A DNA stretch of 7,268 nucleotides from an uncultured Gammaproteobacteria bacterium (lineage in GTDB: Bacteria; Patescibacteriota; Microgenomatia; Daviesbacterales; UBA10151): positions 1,373 to 8,640 of the forward strand of contig CAZFVS010000013.1 of assembly GCA_964522265.1 (NCBI GenBank). The letters are read 5' to 3'. Under the pieces are notes generated by a model. The model was not told the DNA's origin. It saw only the letters and a program-made list of their open reading frames with translations, and did no database searches. Positions within the stretch are counted from its first letter, which is position 1. Each line of letters begins with the position of its first letter. A program made the translations under genes and the position numbers. Below, piece after piece: positions 4,466 to 7,268 of this stretch.

Positions 4466-6940
4466 TTACTGGCTTGTTTGGTTGTTTACCGGTTGAACCG
4501 CAGGCTCTTGTGGTAATGGTTGGACTACCCCCACTGTTACAGGTTGAGTGGTTGGTGCAGGTTGAACTGGTTGGATACTCGGTTCAGCAGGTGCCTGGGG
4601 AGGGGGCGGTTGTACATTAGCTGTTTGGGGATGGCTTCTGTTAAATACAAATTTGTCTCTCGTGGGGTCAAAATCAATAATTATTGTATCTCCGGGAGTT
4701 AAATTTTTTTGTATCAGATAGATAGCGATCGGATTTTCAATTGCACGCTGAATCAGCCTCCGTAGCGGCCTTGCCCCATAAACCGGGTCATATCCATCTT
4801 TGGCCAGCTGGTTTAAAGCAGTCTGTGAAATCTGCAGGCCGACATTTTGCTCCTTGAGCATTTTGCGGGTGTTTTCTATTCCCAGCTTGGCTATCTCAAT
4901 CATGTTTGCTTGTGTCAGCGGTTCAAAAATGACTATTTCGTCAAAACGGTTCAAAAACTCCGGCTTAAAGTGTTTGTTGAGCTCATCTATCACCAGTTTT
5001 GAAAGTTTTCTGAACTGTTGGTTATTGTTATCCTGGTTTGTTAAAGATCCCTGGTGGCCTGTTGTTTTTTGTACTTGCTGTATGGGTACTTGGGCAGCTA
5101 TTCCCTGATAATACTGGGTTAAACCAGGCGGGTTTTGCCCTGGCGGTTTTTGCTGGACATTAGGTATTGTGGCGGTTTGTGCTTTTTGGATAAAATCACG
5201 GATCAGGTCAGAACCTACATTTGAGGTAGCGATAATAATAGTATTTTTAAATGAAATAGTATTCCCTTTGTTATCGGTTAAACGCCCATCTTCCAAAATC
5301 TGTAACATAATATTAAATACATCCGGATGGGCTTTTTCAATCTCATCTAAAAGTACTATCGAAAAAGGTTTTTTTCTGACAGCTTCAGTCAGCTGCCCGC
5401 CCTCTTCATATCCCACGTAGCCAGGAGGGGCGCCAATCAGCTTAGCCACTTCGTGCTTCTCCATATACTCACTCATGTCAAGTCTGATCATGGCATCCAT
5501 CTTGCCAAACATGATCTCCGCCAAAACCTTGGCAATTTCGGTTTTACCGGTACCGGTTGGACCAAGGAATATAAAAGAGGCAAACGGCCTGTTTAAGTTA
5601 GCCAATCCAATCCGCCCGCGCCTGACTGCTTCGGCTACTGCTTTTACAGCTCTGTCGTGGTCGATGTATTTTTTATGAATTAAATCCTCAAGGTGCAACA
5701 GTTTTTCGCTTTCTTTTTCTGTAAGTTTGGCCATCGGTATCCCTGTCATAGCAGAAACAATATTGAGAATGTCTGTTTCTTTGACAATAGTATCGTTTCT
5801 TTTTCCTTGGGATTGTTCAAGCCTGATCTCTGAAGCAGACTCATCCAGAAGGTCTATCGCTTTATCCGGCAGATACCTTTCTCCTATGTACCGTTTTGAC
5901 AGCTTTACTGCAGCCTGTAATGCTTCAGGTGCGAAAGTCACCTTATGAAAAGTTTCATACTTTGGCTGCAGCACTTTAAGCATCTGCAGTGCTAGCTCCT
6001 CCGATGGCTCTTCAGCTACCACTGTCTGGAAACGCCTTTCAAAAGCGCGGTCTTTTTCAAAGTACCTCCTGTACTCGGCAGTCGTAGTTGCCCCTATCAC
6101 CTGTATCTGACCTCTAGCCAGGTATGGTTTTAAAATATTTGATGCATCCAAAGCTCCGCCTGTTTCCCCCGCCCCTATAATGGTGTGTATCTCATCAATA
6201 AATAGGATCACTTTGCCGTTTGAAGCTTGGGTTTCTTTGATCACCCTCTGCAGCCTTTCTTCGAATTCCCCTCTGTGTGATGCCCCTGCCACCAAAGAAG
6301 ATACCTCAAGCTGTATAATCTGCCTGTCTGCAAGCTCAGCGGGAACCTGTTTTTGGGCTATTAACTCTGCCAAACCCTCAACAATAGCAGTCTTGCCTGT
6401 CCCTGCTTCGCCGATAATCAGCGGGTTGTTTTTTGTCCTTCGTATCAGTATATGGATCATTCTCCTGATCTCAGTATCACGGCCAGCTACAGGGTCAAGC
6501 TTTCCTGCCCTTGCCGATTCGGTAAGATCTGTCCCGAACTCTTTAAGAGCGCTCTTTTTCCCTGTCTGAAACTCAGTTGATTTGGACAATTTACTCTGGA
6601 TTTTCTCTTTATCAACACCTTGGGTTTTGAGTGACTCTGCTACCGGGGTGGTTGAGGAGAGTATCGCCAGAAGAATATCCTCCGGAGTTATAAATTCTAC
6701 ACCTCTGGTTTTTGCCTGGCTGAAACCCGCTTCCAAAACCTGCTTGCTGGCTTCAGAAAGGGTTGGTTCTCCTGTGAAAGTTCCCAGAGCCTGGTTTTTA
6801 CTCTGAAGCTCTCGGGTTAATTTGGCGATATCTATGGAAAAATCCTGTATTAATTTAAAAATTTCCCGATCAGTAAGCAGTGCCAGAAGTATCTGCTCCG
6901 ACTCAATTAGGGCCAGTTTAAGACTTTTGGTTTCACTCAA
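4466..6940 (-). CDS. Class I Clp/Hsp100 double-AAA+ ATPase, ClpC-like in sequence but lacking a middle domain (main ORF as it stands after an in-frame TAA)
   Basis: D1 Walker A is GEAGTGKT (6389-6412) and D1 Walker B is ILFIDEIHTIIGAG. D2 Walker A is GPTGTGKT (5540-5563) and D2 Walker B is IVLLDEIEKAHPDVFNIMLQILEDGRLTD. The sensor-2 motif is GARPLRR. A Clp_N repeat 2 is visible (SEASKQVLEAGFSQAKTRGVEFITPEDILLAIL). The stretch MIRLDMSEYMEKHEVAKLIGAPPGYVGYEEGGQLTE closely resembles ClpC as I recall it. The track start at 6940 is a TTG with no SD, and the gene very probably begins at 7129 (see the next feature). Confidence 0.95.
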   Translation of the reverse strand: MSETKSLKLALIESEQILLALLTDREIFKLIQDFSIDIAKLTRELQSKNQALGTFTGEPTLSEASKQVLEAGFSQAKTRGVEFITPEDILLAILSSTTPVAESLKTQGVDKEKIQSKLSKSTEFQTGKKSALKEFGTDLTESARAGKLDPVAGRDTEIRRMIHILIRRTKNNPLIIGEAGTGKTAIVEGLAELIAQKQVPAELADRQIIQLEVSSLVAGASHRGEFEERLQRVIKETQASNGKVILFIDEIHTIIGAGETGGALDASNILKPYLARGQIQVIGATTTAEYRRYFEKDRAFERRFQTVVAEEPSEELALQMLKVLQPKYETFHKVTFAPEALQAAVKLSKRYIGERYLPDKAIDLLDESASEIRLEQSQGKRNDTIVKETDILNIVSAMTGIPMAKLTEKESEKLLHLEDLIHKKYIDHDRAVKAVAEAVRRGRIGLANLNRPFASFIFLGPTGTGKTEIAKVLAEIMFGKMDAMIRLDMSEYMEKHEVAKLIGAPPGYVGYEEGGQLTEAVRKKPFSIVLLDEIEKAHPDVFNIMLQILEDGRLTDNKGNTISFKNTIIIATSNVGSDLIRDFIQKAQTATIPNVQQKPPGQNPPGLTQYYQGIAAQVPIQQVQKTTGHQGSLTNQDNNNQQFRKLSKLVIDELNKHFKPEFLNRFDEIVIFEPLTQANMIEIAKLGIENTRKMLKEQNVGLQISQTALNQLAKDGYDPVYGARPLRRLIQRAIENPIAIYLIQKNLTPGDTIIIDFDPTRDKFVFNRSHPQTANVQPPPPQAPAEPSIQPVQPAPTTQPVTVGVVQPLPQEPAVQPVNNQTSQ

Positions 6941-6964
6941 AGCGATTGTTGTGACCTGGGTTTA

Positions 6965-7129
6965 GCGGGGATCCAAGTGTGAAAGGACTGCGATATCCTG
7001 CTGTATGATCGGATTAATAGATGGGGATGCAGATGCCGTCTGAGGCTGGTTTTGAGTCGGCTGAGGTTCAACTACAGTTGCAGCTCCACTTTTGCTGTTT
7101 TTAAAGATCGTTTCAAATAAAGATGCCAT
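6965..7129 (-). CDS. 55-codon ORF, the probable true 5' part of the Clp ATPase gene, cut off from it by one in-frame TAA (6962-6964)
   Basis: Hand translation from the ATG at 7129..7127 gives MASLFETIFKNSKSGAATVVEPQPTQNQPQTASASPSINPIIQQDIAVLSHLDPR, then TAA. It is in the same frame as the Clp ORF, since 7129-6940 = 189 nt = 63 codons. It is not in the supplied track, probably because it falls below the length cutoff. A promoter-like element lies directly upstream. Confidence 0.55.
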
Positions 7130-7154
7130 GGGCAGGTATAATCTTTCTTTAATT

Positions 7155-7183
7155 ATTATATACTACGGCTTTTAAAAAGTGAA
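7155..7183 (-). promoter_or_regulatory. Candidate sigma70-type promoter of the Clp ATPase gene
   Basis: The minus strand has TTCACT at 7183..7178. After exactly 17 nt comes a perfect TATAAT at 7160..7155, about 25 nt upstream of the ATG at 7129. The -35 element overlaps the last codons of the upstream gene. Confidence 0.4.
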
Positions 7184-7267
7184 TCTTTTTAATCTTTTTT
7201 CATATTCTTTCAATATCTTCTCCCTCAAATCTTCAGGATGAAAATATAAAGCACTCTCTGATATCCT
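7172..7267 (-). CDS. 3' end of an unidentified protein-coding gene (partial, runs off the window)
   Basis: This is the only minus-strand frame that stays open to the window edge. It reads ...RISESALYFHPEDLREKILKEYEKRLKRFTF and ends at TAA 7172-7174. The other two minus-strand frames hit stops within about 40 nt. With only 31 residues, no family can be assigned. Confidence 0.35.
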   Translation of the reverse strand, partial: RISESALYFHPEDLREKILKEYEKRLKRFTF

Positions 7268-7268
7268 C

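Noticed and set aside
4540-4576. Imperfect tandem DNA repeat (CAGGTTGAGTGGTTGG / CAGGTTGAACTGGTTGG) in the region encoding the Clp C-terminal tail.
   Set aside because: There are only two degenerate copies, and the P/Q/V-rich coding bias explains them. It is low complexity rather than a discrete repeat element, and it is covered by the P/Q-segment finding.
4118-6806. Plus-strand track ORFs antisense to P4 and the Clp gene: 4118..4516, 4423..4620, 4520..4702, 4800..5108, 5169..5420, 5475..5678, 5727..5948, 6180..6569 and 6582..6806.
   Set aside because: The minus strand encodes an unmistakable double-AAA+ Clp ATPase across this whole span. The plus-strand ORFs are fragmented across frames and have no recognisable motifs, so they are shadow ORFs.
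6962-6964. Alternative genetic code or stop-codon reassignment as the explanation for the in-frame TAA in the clp gene.
   Set aside because: TAA terminates abiEii, P2, P4 and the Clp ORF itself. TGA terminates abiEi and the 2631-4109 gene. All of these ends fall at sensible C-termini. The known CPR recoding (code 25) affects TGA, not TAA.
6969-6974. GGATCC (BamHI site) 5 nt from the in-frame stop, considered as a hint of a chimeric or vector junction.
   Set aside because: The protein sequence is continuous and Clp_N-like across the site. Another GGATCC occurs at 162-167 inside P1. It is a chance hexamer.
7248-7268. CIRCE-like half-site AAAGCACTC (7248-7256) considered as a heat-shock operator. 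I also looked for CtsR-type GGTCAAA repeats upstream of clp.
   Set aside because: The bases 9 nt downstream (CTC at 7266-7268) do not begin the required GAGTGCTAA partner. The site lies inside the partial CDS and is more than 110 nt from the clp start. No tandem GGTCAAA heptads occur in 7130-7171.

Overview
This 7.27-kb fragment looks like the end of a metagenome-assembled contig, because bases 1-15 are an Illumina adapter tail. TGA, TAA and TAG all terminate convincing genes, so the standard bacterial code applies. Several small two-TM pilin-like genes and mostly weak or absent Shine-Dalgarno sites suggest a CPR/Patescibacteria-type organism, but that is inference only. All family calls come from motifs recalled from memory; no searches were run.

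Layout:
- Minus strand, 14-1103: three tandem pilin-like small membrane protein genes.
- Plus strand, 1243-2546: an AbiEi/AbiEii type IV toxin-antitoxin (abortive infection) pair with an ATGA overlap.
- Plus strand, 2631-4109: a roughly 490-aa membrane-anchored protein of unknown function.
- Minus strand, 4114-4461: a fourth pilin-like gene, starting 4 nt after the stop of the next gene.
- Minus strand, 4466-6940: a ClpC-like double-AAA+ Hsp100 ATPase.
- Minus strand, 7172-7267: the 3' end of an unidentified gene.

Main observations:
1. A 55-codon ORF that is absent from the supplied ORF track lies in frame upstream of the Clp ORF, separated by a single TAA. That stop falls inside what reads as the first helix of the Clp N-domain, and a good promoter sits upstream of the hidden ATG.
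2. The Clp ATPase has no middle (coiled-coil) domain and carries three P/Q-rich low-complexity segments. One is a 58-aa insertion where ClpA/ClpC carry the ClpP-docking loop.
3. There are four pilin-like paralogs and no secretion machinery in the window. One paralog is tightly coupled to the Clp gene.
4. The plus-strand block interrupts an otherwise co-directional minus-strand array, and its abiE part is visibly more AT-rich than its neighbours.
5. The stop codon of the first gene is built partly from adapter bases, so that gene is truncated.

No rRNA, tRNA, CRISPR array, transposase or integrase was seen.
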